From Candidatus Nomurabacteria bacterium (GTDB taxonomy: Bacteria > Patescibacteriota > Minisyncoccia > Phycocordibacterales > UBA9973): DNA of 64,000 nucleotides. The notes under the pieces were generated by a model that saw only the letters and a list, made by a program, of their open reading frames with translations, was not told the DNA's origin and made no database searches. Location: assembly GCA_016699365.1 (NCBI GenBank), contig CP064973.1, positions 575,161-639,160 on the forward strand, read 5' to 3'. Positions 38,703 through 49,664 of the stretch are shown one piece after another; positions within the stretch are counted from its first letter, which is position 1, and each line of letters starts with the position of its first letter. The translations under genes and the position numbers were made by a program.

Positions 38703-40000
38703 TATAGATAACCCCAGTCACGAAGCCTCTTTTCATCTCGGTCCATAAAACGTCTACCAACGTCATTTCTATAAATCATCTTAGGAATGATAACTTTGTC
38801 TATGCGATTGTAGGTATCTTCTATGGCTAGAGGTAAGGTTTCTCCCATACCGGTGACGTAAAGCACATAACCACGATTGTCTGATATATAAAATTGATTC
38901 ACGTTGTCTACATCTCTAGAAATTTCTTCAAAATGAATATGCTCAGGATCTTCACCTGTTAGATTGTGGAAAAATACATTCATCCCATAAAACTCACTTG
39001 AAGGTTCTTTTTTTGTATAAGGAAAAGGTGGAACAGCAATTAGTACGACCAATCCATAGCCTTTCTTGTATTTTAAATCATATTTTTCACCTCGAGCCAC
39101 TGCGTATAAAAATTCTCCCCAAGGCGATACATGTATTTCATCGTGCAGGTGAATAATAGGTGATCCAAACCTAGGAGTAGCTTCAAGTGGCCACGCACCT
39201 TCTTCGTCTACAATACAGTTAATTTCAAAATCTCCTCTAAAATCAATCTCTCTCAGATAGGGAGCTAGGGGATTTAAAACTTCCTTGAATAGCTTGTTGT
39301 TTTCATCTTCGCTGTACCAAGCCAAGGTACCCATCTCACTGGTTGTTGGGCCAATATCTCCTGGGAAGAATTTTTTATGTTCTATATTGAATTCTATTGG
39401 TCCAACCCAATCAGTGCCATTGAAATATCTACCAACTCCAATCTCAATCCCGTTTATTTTTTCTTGTAGAGTTATCCTTTCTTTGTTTATTTTTGGATTG
39501 GTAAGATAATTTTTCAACACACTTAAAACATCTCTTCCGTCTTCAAAGAAACCCACGTAGTTTATACTTTTAGAAGCGTGGCCGTTTTGTTTAACAACCC
39601 AAGCTTTTGGATTTTTCTCGACATACTCAATAGCGTCATACATTGCTTCAAAATCTTTTGTCTCCTTTGTTTTAAGTCCGTATTTACTAAATATAATTTG
39701 AGCATATTCACGATCGGTCTCAAGCCTATCTCCTTCAACAGATCCACCAAAAACTGTATAGCCTTGTTTTCTAAGTTTTGATTGCTCTTTGCCCCAACCA
39801 ACATCATCAAATACAATAAGTCCATTTTTCCCAACCCAAGGAAGCTCTGCTTTCCAGTTTGTTGTTTTGGGAACTATAAAGTCTAAGTTTCCGCGACGAG
39901 CGCGCTCATGAACATACAACTTTACCTCATGACCTTCATCTACAAGTCGACGGGCCAAGTTTCCAGCTATAAGGTCATTTGATATAAATAAAATTCTCAT
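38702..40000 (-). CDS. ATP-grasp protein, phosphoribosylamine-glycine ligase (PurD)-like
   Basis: Start at MRILFISN; PurD-like N domain and an ATP-grasp core (...AWVVKQNGHASKSINYV...); no other purine-biosynthesis genes nearby. Confidence 0.55.
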   Translation of the reverse strand: MRILFISNDLIAGNLARRLVDEGHEVKLYVHERARRGNLDFIVPKTTNWKAELPWVGKNGLIVFDDVGWGKEQSKLRKQGYTVFGGSVEGDRLETDREYAQIIFSKYGLKTKETKDFEAMYDAIEYVEKNPKAWVVKQNGHASKSINYVGFFEDGRDVLSVLKNYLTNPKINKERITLQEKINGIEIGVGRYFNGTDWVGPIEFNIEHKKFFPGDIGPTTSEMGTLAWYSEDENNKLFKEVLNPLAPYLREIDFRGDFEINCIVDEEGAWPLEATPRFGSPIIHLHDEIHVSPWGEFLYAVARGEKYDLKYKKGYGLVVLIAVPPFPYTKKEPSSEFYGMNVFFHNLTGEDPEHIHFEEISRDVDNVNQFYISDNRGYVLYVTGMGETLPLAIEDTYNRIDKVIIPKMIYRNDVGRRFMDRDEKRLRDWGYL

Positions 40001-40150
40001 GATATAATATCGATTATACACTTGTATGGATAAAACGACAAAATATTTTATATTGCTCTTATTTATACTCATGGGTATATCAGTCGGATATACTTTTTAT
40101 AGTTCAGTAGTTAGAGAAAATTTTTCTATTATTGTAACGGAGGAATAAAT

Positions 40151-41818
40151 ATGAACGAAGTACTACTTTGCCCAGACGCAATACCAAACGTACTAGGAAT
40201 GTTTGATTTTTCAATAGCACCTAGACTACTGTTTTATTCTTATATCCCTATTGTTTTTATAAGTCTCATAATGGGATTTTTAATATTCTTTAAAGATAAA
40301 TTTTCCCTTAGAGGATCTTTGTTTTTAACTCTTACAATATCTTTCGCTTTTTGGGTGCTAAGCATCTTGTTCCAATGGACTGCAGCTGGAGCTGGATTGG
40401 TACACTTTTCATGGCAGATATTGGCATTGTTTGAGGTTCTAGTATATATATCTTCATTTTATTTCGTATATGTATATGTATACAAAAAAGATTTAGGTCC
40501 TTTCTTGAAAATATTTTTCTTTTTGTTCTTGATAGTAGTTTCCTTGCTTTTACCTTCCGAATATATGATGCGAGAATTTGATCTAATAAACTGCCAATCA
40601 GTACTTGGTCTGTTTTGGGGTGCGATTTATGTTTTTGAATTTGCACTTCTGCCAATAATTTTATTCTTGGGTATAAGTAAAAGTCACAAGATCCCAGACC
40701 CTATAGAACGTAAACAATCTATGATAATTACGATTGGAAACGTTCTGTTTCTAGCTATATTTGCACTATCAAACATAGTGGGGGAAATAACTCAACAATA
40801 TGAGTTCAATCTTTTTGGTCCTATTGGAATGGTTTTGTTTTTAGGATTAGTTACATATTCAATGGTTCGCTATAAAGCATTTAATATGCGATTGATTGGA
40901 GTGCAGGTACTAGTGTTAGCACTAGTCGCTCTAGTATTCTCTCTATTGTTTATAAATAGCCTAGATGTTATCCATGTAATCATAGTTATAACCCTAGGAT
41001 TGTTATCTATTGTGGGATATTTCTTGATTCGAGGTGTTATGCGTGAAATAAGACAAAAAGAAAGACTTACAGTGCTATCAAATAGTCTTTCTGAAGCAAA
41101 TGAGAAGTTAAAAGATTTGGATAAACTGAAAACTGAGTTTCTATCACTTGCATCGCATCAACTTAGAAGCCCACTAACAGCTATTACTGGGTACACTTCT
41201 ATGCTCCTAGATGGATCTTTCGGAGAAGTTCAACCTAAACAAAAAGAAGCTATTGATCGCGTCTTTGAATCAAGTAGGCACCTAACAAAGGTTGTTGAAG
41301 ATTTGTTAAACGTTTCAAAAATCGAACAAGGTGGAATGAAATATGAGATGAAGCCTTTTGATTTCACCGAAGCCGTTAGTACACTTTCTGCTGATTTATC
41401 TGTGACGGCCGAGAAAAAAGGATTGAAGCTTAAATTCAGTACTGATAGTAGTAATAATTACTTTGTAAACGGAGATATGGAGAAAATCTGCCAAGTTATA
41501 ATAAACCTAATAGACAATTCAATTAAATACACAGAAACTGGTGGTTCAATAGATGTATCCGTAACATATTCTCCTCTTGATCGAGTCCTGCTTTCTATAA
41601 AAGACACTGGTATGGGAATCGAACCGAGTATTGCAAAAACTTTGTTTCAGAAATTTAGTCGTGGAGAAGGCGGTAAGGTAAATACTGGTGGATCAGGGCT
41701 GGGACTTTACTTGGCAAAAGAAATTATTGATGCACACAAAGGCAAGATTTGGCTTGAATCAAAAGGAAAAGGAAAGGGAACAGAGTTTTATGTTGAGCTT
41801 TCCGCGCTAGATAGATAA
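40151..41818 (+). CDS. multi-pass membrane sensor histidine kinase (orphan)
   Basis: Seven or eight N-terminal TM helices; H-box LASHQLRSPLTAI; N-box NLIDNSIKYT; G2 GGSGLGLYLAKEII. Confidence 0.85.
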   Translation: MNEVLLCPDAIPNVLGMFDFSIAPRLLFYSYIPIVFISLIMGFLIFFKDKFSLRGSLFLTLTISFAFWVLSILFQWTAAGAGLVHFSWQILALFEVLVYISSFYFVYVYVYKKDLGPFLKIFFFLFLIVVSLLLPSEYMMREFDLINCQSVLGLFWGAIYVFEFALLPIILFLGISKSHKIPDPIERKQSMIITIGNVLFLAIFALSNIVGEITQQYEFNLFGPIGMVLFLGLVTYSMVRYKAFNMRLIGVQVLVLALVALVFSLLFINSLDVIHVIIVITLGLLSIVGYFLIRGVMREIRQKERLTVLSNSLSEANEKLKDLDKLKTEFLSLASHQLRSPLTAITGYTSMLLDGSFGEVQPKQKEAIDRVFESSRHLTKVVEDLLNVSKIEQGGMKYEMKPFDFTEAVSTLSADLSVTAEKKGLKLKFSTDSSNNYFVNGDMEKICQVIINLIDNSIKYTETGGSIDVSVTYSPLDRVLLSIKDTGMGIEPSIAKTLFQKFSRGEGGKVNTGGSGLGLYLAKEIIDAHKGKIWLESKGKGKGTEFYVELSALDR

Positions 41819-41827
41819 GTAATTAAA

Positions 41828-41862
41828 AAATCCAGAACATTCAATATGTTCTGGATTTTTTA
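41828..41862. terminator. bidirectional terminator
   Basis: ATCCAGAACA-TTCAATA-TGTTCTGGAT (10-bp stem) followed by TTTTTAATT; cysS (-) ends at 41860. Confidence 0.65.
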
Positions 41863-43266
41863 ATTGTTCTTTCGAATCATCTGATCACCGTTGGGTAGGT
41901 CTTTTACTTCATAACCCAATTTCTCTATATCCTGACGCAGAGAATCTGACAAGACCCAATCTTTATCCTCACGAGCAAGATGTCTTTTAGAAGCAAGGTC
42001 TTCAACTTCTTTTGGTAGTTGTTGATTTTTATTTTTGCGAGATGTTTCTATAAGATCAAGGCCAAGCACTTTGTCGAATTCGGCAACAGTAGCCAGCTTT
42101 ACAGAGTCTTCAATAGAATCATCTTTCAATAAATCCCAAAGTAGAGCAAGTGCTCTTGAAACTTCAAGATCGTTGTCTATGAAGTCATTGAAAGATTTTA
42201 AATAGTTTGAATCAGCACTCCCAGATTCTTCTCCTAGATTCTCTATGTGAACAAGAAGTCTATTGTATGCATTTTGTGATGCCTCTAGAGCTTCCCAAGT
42301 AAAATTTAGAGATGAACGATAGTGACTAGAGAAATAAAAATATCTTAGAGCCATAGGTGAGAATCTTTTTTCCACTATGTCATGTAGAGAATACGCATTG
42401 CCGAGACTTTTTCCCATCTTACCTCCATCAACTTGTAAAAATGCACCATGCATCCAGCATTTTACAAAAGGGGATTTGTCAGTTGCTCCTTCGGATTGAG
42501 CTATTTCATTTGGATGATGAGTACTCTTCAGGTCTTCTCCTCCTACGTGTATATCAAATTGCTCACCTAGGTATTTCATACTCATAGCAGAGCACTCTAT
42601 GTGCCAACCAGGGAAGCCAGTACCCCAAGGAGACTCCCATTCCATGTCACGTTTTTCATCCTTTGGACTAAATTTCCATAGAGCAAAATCGCGAGGATTC
42701 TTTTTCTGTTGATTGAATTCCACGCGAGCACCCGCTTTAATTTTATCTAAGTTTGAAAGCTCTCCATATTTATAACCCTTGGCTTCAAAAGCGATAGTGT
42801 CAAAATATACACCGTCGTCTATGTTGTAAGTTAGCCCTTTTTCTTCTAATTTTTTTATCAAGTCTATTTGTTCAGAAATATGTTCTGTTGCTCGCGCAAA
42901 AGTATTTGGTGGAAGTAAATTTAAATCTTTATAAGAAGATAGAAAATCATCTATGTAAAATTGAGCTATCTCAAAAGCTCCTTTTCCTTCACGTTTTTTA
43001 GCCTTCTCCATTCTGTCTTCGCCCGTGTCCGCGTCTCCCAGGTTATCTCCAGTTAAGTGACCTACGTCTGTTAGATTCATAACGTAATTGACCTCTAAGC
43101 CATTGTATTTCAGGGCGCGATAGACAATATCACCCAAAATATAAGTCCTCCAGTTACCTATAGTTACATAGTCATATACTGTAGGACCGCATGTATAAAG
43201 CCCCACGATTTGGCTAGCGGGCTTGAATTCATCGATCTCTTTAGTAAGTGAATTATATAGTCTCAT
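41860..43266 (-). CDS. cysS: cysteine--tRNA ligase
   Basis: Start at [16 protein letters not shown]; class I synthetase motifs (...[13 protein letters not shown]..., KMGKS). Confidence 0.93.
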   Translation of the reverse strand: MRLYNSLTKEIDEFKPASQIVGLYTCGPTVYDYVTIGNWRTYILGDIVYRALKYNGLEVNYVMNLTDVGHLTGDNLGDADTGEDRMEKAKKREGKGAFEIAQFYIDDFLSSYKDLNLLPPNTFARATEHISEQIDLIKKLEEKGLTYNIDDGVYFDTIAFEAKGYKYGELSNLDKIKAGARVEFNQQKKNPRDFALWKFSPKDEKRDMEWESPWGTGFPGWHIECSAMSMKYLGEQFDIHVGGEDLKSTHHPNEIAQSEGATDKSPFVKCWMHGAFLQVDGGKMGKSLGNAYSLHDIVEKRFSPMALRYFYFSSHYRSSLNFTWEALEASQNAYNRLLVHIENLGEESGSADSNYLKSFNDFIDNDLEVSRALALLWDLLKDDSIEDSVKLATVAEFDKVLGLDLIETSRKNKNQQLPKEVEDLASKRHLAREDKDWVLSDSLRQDIEKLGYEVKDLPNGDQMIRKNN

Positions 43267-43348
43267 TGAGTCGATTATAGCCTGATTATGTAATCTGACC
43301 AAATACTATTGACTTTTTTGGCTCTTTAGCATAATATGGTCTTGTTAT

Positions 43349-43708
43349 ATGGCAACGAAAAAAGCAACAAAAAAATCAGTGTCAAAGAGCGAAGAATTCG
43401 CTGTTATTTCTACTGGTGGAAAACAATACAAAGTAAGTGCTGGGGATGTCCTAGTAATCGAAAAACTACCTGGTACATACAGTGCAGGGGATGAAATAGT
43501 ATTCGACAAGGTATTACTTGTAGATAACGGTAAAGATACAACTATCGGAACTCCTCACATATCTGGAGCGAAAGTCACAGCAAGTTTTATTGAAAACGGA
43601 CGACATCAGAAAGTCATAGTGATGAAATACAAACCAAAGAGTCGCTACAAGAAAACAAACGGCCACAGACAAGAATTCACAAAAGTTAAAATCACAGTTA
43701 TAAAATAA
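43349..43708 (+). CDS. rplU: 50S ribosomal protein L21
   Basis: ...FAVISTGGKQYKVSAGDVLVIEKL... L21 signature after a Lys-rich N-terminal extension. Confidence 0.9.
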   Translation: MATKKATKKSVSKSEEFAVISTGGKQYKVSAGDVLVIEKLPGTYSAGDEIVFDKVLLVDNGKDTTIGTPHISGAKVTASFIENGRHQKVIVMKYKPKSRYKKTNGHRQEFTKVKITVIK

Positions 43709-43744
43709 AAATATCCCGCAATTGCGGGATATTTTTATTTTATA
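43708..43744. terminator. bidirectional terminator
   Basis: ATATCCCGC-AATT-GCGGGATAT followed by TTTTATTTT. Confidence 0.65.
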
Positions 43745-43751
43745 ATCAATC

Positions 43752-44363
43752 CTAATGTCTGTTACCCAAAGCACTCTTCAGAGTCTCACTGTCCGCATAT
43801 TCTGGCTCACTTCCAGTAGACAGTCCACGACCAAGTGAAGTTATTTTAATATTATTTTCATCAGTAAGATCTTTTAAAGTATTTCGAATATAAGAATCTG
43901 TATGCTCACCATCTGGAGTAGCCGGAAATGCCAATATAATCTCTTTTAAACCTTCTGAAGTCCTATCCTTTATAATCTTTATCAATTCACGCTCTCTGAT
44001 ATGACTTTGTACATTTTTTTCAACCGGTGGAACAAGACTACCCAGAATAAAGTATTTACCTTTATGAGCATGTGTACGTTTGAAGCTTTCACAATCAGAA
44101 TCTTTTTCAACAACAAGCAGGGAAGTAGTATCCAAAGTTTTTTTTCTGCAAATATCACAAAAATCTTCTTCGTTTCTAGCGAAATGAATAAAACAAGATG
44201 GACAGGTGGATATATTGGAATTTAGATTTGAAAGTTCTTTTATAAGTTCTTTTTTGTATTCGTCTGGAGCATTCAGTAGAAAGTACACGAAACGCCTTGC
44301 TTGGCGAACACCAATACCAGGGAATCTTTTAAAAATATTTGCGAGATTGTCTATTGGATCCAT
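43752..44363 (-). CDS. recR: recombination protein RecR
   Basis: HhH N-terminus (FKRFPGIGVRQARR), C4 zinc finger (CPSC...CDIC), Toprim domain. Confidence 0.93.
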   Translation of the reverse strand: MDPIDNLANIFKRFPGIGVRQARRFVYFLLNAPDEYKKELIKELSNLNSNISTCPSCFIHFARNEEDFCDICRKKTLDTTSLLVVEKDSDCESFKRTHAHKGKYFILGSLVPPVEKNVQSHIRERELIKIIKDRTSEGLKEIILAFPATPDGEHTDSYIRNTLKDLTDENNIKITSLGRGLSTGSEPEYADSETLKSALGNRH

Positions 44364-44379
44364 GTTTGTTGATTATATC

Positions 44380-45798
44380 TTAAAACATATCAGCATCATC
44401 TGCTTGTCTTGGTTTTTGTGGTGGCTTGAATCCTCCAAGGTCTCCTTTTTCAATCGGTAAGTAAGAACCAGTCTTATCATCGAAATACAAATCTACTTTA
44501 CCAGTAGGACCATTTCTGTGTTTTTCTATCAATATTTCTGCTAAGTTTGTTCTCTCAGATTGATCTTTGTACTTATCTTCTCGGTGAATAAACATAACCA
44601 CGTCAGCATCTTGCTCGATAGAACCTGAGTCACGAAGGTCAGATAGTCTAGGCTTGCCTCCACGAGACTCAACCGCACGAGAAAGCTGTGATAGGGCAAG
44701 TACTGGCACATCCAAATCACGAGCCAAACCTTTTAGAGATCGTGATATTTCGGTAACTTGGTTAACCATAGAATCATAGTTTTTTGAAGTTGTCATAAGC
44801 TGTAGGTAGTCGATTATGATCAAACCTAAACCATGCTCACTCTTCAATCTTCTAGCTGTAGCACGCATTCTCATTATTGAGTTTCCAGCTTGATCATCGA
44901 TATATATAGGAGCCTTAGAAAGCTTGTCTAGAGCATCTCGCAAGTTTGAAAATTCTGAGTCCGCAGATAGTTTTCCAGTTCGAAGATTCCAAGCATCTAC
45001 TCTGGATTCAGAAGCGAGCATTCTGTCTACCAACTGTTGAGCACTCATCTCAAGAGAGAAGATTCCAACTGGTATGTTTTCTCTTGTTGCAGCCATACGA
45101 GCAATATCAAGCGCAAGCGCAGTTTTACCCATAGAAGGTCGAGCCGCCAAGATAATCAAGTCAGAATTTTGCAATCCGGAAAGCATAGTATCAAGATCTT
45201 TAAATCCTGTAGGAACTCCACGAAGACCACCTTTTGTTTCGTGTAATTTTTCAATACGTTCCCAAGCTGTAGAGAGCGTTTGTCTAATACTTACAAATTT
45301 TTGACCCTTTGGACTAGATGTAATACTGAAAATTCTTTTTTCAGCAGTGTCCATAATATCTTCAATCGTGTCATCTGATTCACTAAAACCTAAATCTGAA
45401 ACATAATCAGCTGCATCTATTAATTCACGTAGTATATATTTTTTTGAAACTATAGATGCATAGTGCATCGCATTTGTAGCAGAAGGAACAGAAGCCACCA
45501 GCTCAGACAGGTAACTTGCACCTCCGATATTGTCCAACTCTTTTCTCTCAGATAGTAAGTTTGTTACTGAGACAAGGTCTATAGGTTGGTTTTTTGAAGC
45601 AAGATCAAGCATAGCTTGAAATATAAGCTTATGTCTTGTGCTATAAAAGGCATCTGAAGCCAATGTCTCGGCAATATCAATAATCGCTCCAGGTCTAACC
45701 ATAAGAGACCCTAGAACAGCCTTTTCACTCTCCATACTTTGTGGAGGAACGCGGATTTTGTTGTCTTGCATCTTTGCCATTGGGCTTGATTGTACCAC
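44380..45798 (-). CDS. dnaB: replicative DNA helicase DnaB
   Basis: DnaB N domain, Walker A ARPSMGKTALAL, RecA-like C domain; 472 aa. Confidence 0.95.
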   Translation of the reverse strand: MVQSSPMAKMQDNKIRVPPQSMESEKAVLGSLMVRPGAIIDIAETLASDAFYSTRHKLIFQAMLDLASKNQPIDLVSVTNLLSERKELDNIGGASYLSELVASVPSATNAMHYASIVSKKYILRELIDAADYVSDLGFSESDDTIEDIMDTAEKRIFSITSSPKGQKFVSIRQTLSTAWERIEKLHETKGGLRGVPTGFKDLDTMLSGLQNSDLIILAARPSMGKTALALDIARMAATRENIPVGIFSLEMSAQQLVDRMLASESRVDAWNLRTGKLSADSEFSNLRDALDKLSKAPIYIDDQAGNSIMRMRATARRLKSEHGLGLIIIDYLQLMTTSKNYDSMVNQVTEISRSLKGLARDLDVPVLALSQLSRAVESRGGKPRLSDLRDSGSIEQDADVVMFIHREDKYKDQSERTNLAEILIEKHRNGPTGKVDLYFDDKTGSYLPIEKGDLGGFKPPQKPRQADDADMF

Positions 45799-45898
45799 AT
45801 GAATCTTTTTGCAAAATATAAAAAGTGCATTAAGTGGTTGGTATCATGTGGATTGAGCAATACTTCATTAAAAATGATATTTTTGCTAGAATTACCTT

Positions 45899-46906
45899 AT
45901 GCAAAAACCAGAATCAATTGTCTTAACAGGAGATAGACCAACAGGCAGACTTCACTTGGGTCACCTAGTTGGATCACTACAAAAAAGAATAGAATTAGCA
46001 GAGAACGCGAAGCATTCTTTTTACATGATTGCTGATATTCAAGCACTTACCGACAATGCCGACAACCCAGATAAAGTTCGAAACAATGTACTCGAAGTTG
46101 CTCTAGACAATCTTGCGTGTGGACTAAAACCAGAAAAAACAATCATGTATATTCAATCTGAAATTCCTGAGATTGCTGAGTTAACAGTTTTGTTTATGAA
46201 CCTAGTTACAGTAGCAAGACTAAAGCGAAATCCTACAGTAAAAGCAGAGATGCAGCAAAAAGGTTATGGTGAAGATGTACCCGCTGGTTTCTTGGCTTAT
46301 CCGATATCCCAGGCTGCAGATATTTTAGTCATGAAGTCAAACTTAATCCCAGTTGGAGAAGACCAATATCCGGTTATCGAACAAGCAAACGAAATAGTCG
46401 ATACATTCAATCGATTGTATGGAAAAGTTTTTGACCGGATAGAACATGTTAGTGGAGGCACTGCGCGACTAGTCGGCACAGATGGAAACGCAAAGATGTC
46501 TAAATCTCTTGGTAATTGTATTTTCTTAGCAGATAGTGATGAAGCTATAGAAGAAAAGGTTATGAGTATGTACACAGACCCGAGTCATATTCGCGTGGAA
46601 GATCCAGGAAAAGTAGAAGGCAATGTTGTTTTCACATATCTAGATATTTTTGATCCAAACAAAGACGAGGTAGCTGAACTAAAGAAACAATATGAAAAGG
46701 GAGGACTTGGAGACGTAGTACTTAAAAAAAGACTTGCAGAAGTATTGAAAGAAATAATTTCTCCAATTCGCGAAAGACGTGAACAGCTTGCAAAGAATCC
46801 AAAGATGATTATGGATTTACTCGAAGAGGGAACTAAAGAAGCTCGCAAGGTCGCAGCTGAAACTATGCGCGAAGTACGAAGTGCGCTTAAAATTGATTAT
46901 TTCTAA
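45899..46906 (+). CDS. trpS: tryptophan--tRNA ligase
   Basis: TGDRPTGRLHLGHLVG (HIGH-like) and KMSKSLGN motifs; 335 aa. Confidence 0.93.
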   Translation: MQKPESIVLTGDRPTGRLHLGHLVGSLQKRIELAENAKHSFYMIADIQALTDNADNPDKVRNNVLEVALDNLACGLKPEKTIMYIQSEIPEIAELTVLFMNLVTVARLKRNPTVKAEMQQKGYGEDVPAGFLAYPISQAADILVMKSNLIPVGEDQYPVIEQANEIVDTFNRLYGKVFDRIEHVSGGTARLVGTDGNAKMSKSLGNCIFLADSDEAIEEKVMSMYTDPSHIRVEDPGKVEGNVVFTYLDIFDPNKDEVAELKKQYEKGGLGDVVLKKRLAEVLKEIISPIRERREQLAKNPKMIMDLLEEGTKEARKVAAETMREVRSALKIDYF

Positions 46907-46964
46907 GGTTGACTTTACATAAAAAACCTGATATAATATAGACAAATAAAAGATATTTTACAAT

Positions 46965-48778
46965 ATGAATATAAAAGAAAATAAAGAAAAAAAGTTGGCA
47001 TTGAAAGATTATGCACACGGAATCAAACTCATCTGGCAGCAAATTACTGTGAACCACAAAAGGGAAGTGCGTACATTGGTAATTCTGTCTTTTTTTATTG
47101 CCATACTAGACGGTATTGTTCCACTTATCTCAGGACATTTTTTTGATGCGATAACAAATATATCTACTGATATTGGGAGTGTCTGGTTTGCGCTAATTCT
47201 ACTATTAGTCGTAACTGCATTCTCAGCTATAGGTCAAAAAATTAAAGTAACAAAGAGTGATTGGGTGAATTATAAAATAATCACGACTTATCATTCTGAT
47301 GTTGCCGCAAAGTTTGTAAAACTTCCTGTGTCATACCTAAAGAATCACCCAATGTCTGAAATGGTTCAAAAGACCATGACAGCGGGTAATAACCTGCAGT
47401 CAATGTTTAGTGATGTGATTATGGAACTTTTACCAGCATTCTTGGGGATCATCGTTGCGTTTGTTACAGTTTTACGATAAACACAAATATGTCTCTAGTG
47501 CTTTTGGCTGGAGTTTTAACATATGTGCTGATTGTTCTAAGAACAGTTGGAGACGGTGCAAAATTCCAAAGAGAAAATCAAAAGCAATGGGTGCATGCAT
47601 GGAGGGCAAGGTCCGATGGGTTGAACAATATTGCGACAGTAAAACAATTTGCCGCAGAAGAGTACGAAACTGAAAAGAATCGACAAAACTACACAGTTAA
47701 AGTACTAGGTGCCCAAAGAAGACTTTGGGAGTTGTGGAGTAAAATTAATATATCTCAAAAAATAATAGTCTTAGCAACTCAAGCAGTTATATTAATCTTG
47801 TCTATAAAAATGCTTCAAGTGAACTCACTAACACCAGGTCAGGTTATTGCATTCAATGCATACGTAGGCATGGTATTTAATCCATTCTTGCGACTTGGAA
47901 ATATGTGGCGCACTATTCAGAATTCAATTATAAATGTTTCTGATGCTCATGAAATACTTTCTATTGAACCAGAAAATTATAACGAACCCGGTGCAGTAAA
48001 AAAGCAGATTAACGGAGATGTAGAATTCAAGAGCGTTGCATTCTTTCATGATGAGCGCAAGCTTGTGCTCGATGACCTATCGTTCTCTGCACCATCGGGA
48101 TCTGTAATTGCGTTCGTAGGTAAAACTGGCTCTGGTAAGACATCGCTTACAGAATTGATATATCGATTCCATGACCCAAAGACTGGCGAGATACTCGTGG
48201 ATGGAATTCCAATAGACAAATATGATCTCACAAGCTTGCGGTCACAGATTGGAATTGTCCCACAGGAACCAGTACTTTTTGACACTACAATCCGCGAGAA
48301 CATAATGTATCCTCGCAAAGATGTAAATCAAAAAGTATTGAACGACGCAGCGAAAAAAGCTGACCTGCTTGAGTTTATAAAAGACCAACCTGATGGATGG
48401 GAGACAATCGTTGGAGACAGAGGGGTAAAGCTTTCTGGCGGACAGAAACAGAGAATCGCGATTGCACGAGCACTTGTGGCCAATCCAAAAATTCTAATCT
48501 TGGATGAATCAACTTCAGCGCTCGATGCAGAGACTCAGAGAACAATTGAAAATTCCCTCAAAGAACTAATGAAAGGTAAAACTACCTTCATAGTTGCTCA
48601 TAGACTTAGTGCTGTGCGCAATGCAGATAAAATCTGTGTATTGCACAAAGGTAAAATTGTCGAAGAGGGAACTCACGACGAACTGATACAGATTGCAAAT
48701 GGACGTTACAAAAAGCTCTATGACCTGCAGTTCAAGGAAGAGGAAATCCTCATTGCTGAGCATGAGCTTGAAGATTAA
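46965..48778 (+). CDS. MsbA-like ABC exporter (fused permease and ATPase), interrupted by an apparent -1 frameshift
   Basis: TM helices 1-3 lie in ORF 46965-47480; TM4-6 plus the NBD (Walker A GKTGSGKTS, LSGGQKQR, Walker B ILILDE) lie in ORF 47489-48778. One extra T in the T4 run at 47470-47473 restores ...FVTVFTINTNMSLVLL... Confidence 0.8.
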
Positions 48779-48861
48779 AGTCCTTTAGATTTCGTTTCGA
48801 AAAGGATGGCCAGAACTCGAATTCGTAAGTACGGCACGGGTATGCCCGTTATAGCTTAGTG

Positions 48862-48896
48862 AAACCGTAAGATCTAATCTTGCGGTTTTTTATATT
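48862..48896 (+). terminator. rho-independent terminator
   Basis: ACCGTAAGAT-CTAA-TCTTGCGGT followed by TTTTTTATATTT. Confidence 0.65.
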
Positions 48897-48928
48897 TGAT
48901 GTTATAAATATTTCAAATATTGTAACGT

Positions 48929-49426
48929 ATGAATAAGTCAAAAACTGAAATCGCTAAAAAAGTTGAACTAATTAAATCAATCGATTTCACTCAATTAAAA
49001 GAAAAACTTATGGACCCCAATGAAGGCAAAGGCTGGTCCAAAGACGAGTGTAATGACCTAGAATTGCTCTATAAAGATTTTCTCGTCCTCATGCTGAAGT
49101 ATCCAGAAAAATCTATTGTGCCCACTACGATGATAGATGAATTCTGGCATGCGCACATCCTTGATACCAGAAAGTACCATGAGGACTGTAAATTGATTTA
49201 TGGAGAATATCTGCATCATTTTCCGTACTTTGGACTAAGAGGTGAGAGTGACAAAAAGGATCTTGAGGATTCGTTTACAGCAACCAAAAAACTGTGGGTT
49301 AGCGAGTTTGGATATGAAGTGGACAATCCATTCATTAAAGTAAGCATCTATACTCACAAGAAGGTTACTAACGCGAATAGTTGTAGAAATTGCGTTAGTA
49401 CATGTGCCGGCTCATGCACACGATAA
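48929..49426 (+). CDS. conserved hypothetical protein with a Cys-rich C-terminus
   Basis: 165 aa; motif FWHAHILDTRKYHEDC; C-terminus NANSCRNCVSTCAGSCTR. Confidence 0.5.
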   Translation: MNKSKTEIAKKVELIKSIDFTQLKEKLMDPNEGKGWSKDECNDLELLYKDFLVLMLKYPEKSIVPTTMIDEFWHAHILDTRKYHEDCKLIYGEYLHHFPYFGLRGESDKKDLEDSFTATKKLWVSEFGYEVDNPFIKVSIYTHKKVTNANSCRNCVSTCAGSCTR

Positions 49427-49444
49427 ATGAATTATATTTTTTAA

Positions 49445-49472
49445 AATACCCGCTTGCGGGTATTTATTTTTG
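49445..49472 (+). terminator. rho-independent terminator
   Basis: AATACCCG-CTTG-CGGGTATT followed by TATTTTT. Confidence 0.55.
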
Positions 49473-49484
49473 GTAGTAGTATAA

Positions 49485-49645
49485 AGATATCCACTGATCC
49501 GCTGACAACGGGGAGGAAAACCAAGATTACAAGGTCATCTCGCTCGAAACGAGACTGACGAAGTAGGGTGGCACCGCGTTTCAAACATGAATCGCCCCTG
49601 CGAATTTACAAACTAATGTAAGTTCGAAGAGGCGATTTTTGTTTC
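49485..49645 (+). promoter_or_regulatory. T-box riboswitch leader for aspS
   Basis: T-box core AGGGUGGCACCGCG at 49565-49578. The antiterminator fits: AGGG/CCCU and GCG/CGC helices around a UGGCACC bulge, where UGGC would pair the tRNA GCCA end. A mutually exclusive terminator AAUCGCC...GGCGAUUUUU lies at 49592-49645. Candidate specifier GAC followed by A at 49504-49507. Confidence 0.75.
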
Positions 49646-49664
49646 CTCTAGAGCTCAAAAACAT

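Noticed and set aside
47455-47673. 72-aa ORF in the third frame at the ABC exporter junction
   Set aside because: A frame artefact at the homopolymer frameshift; the ABC protein aligns through this region once corrected.
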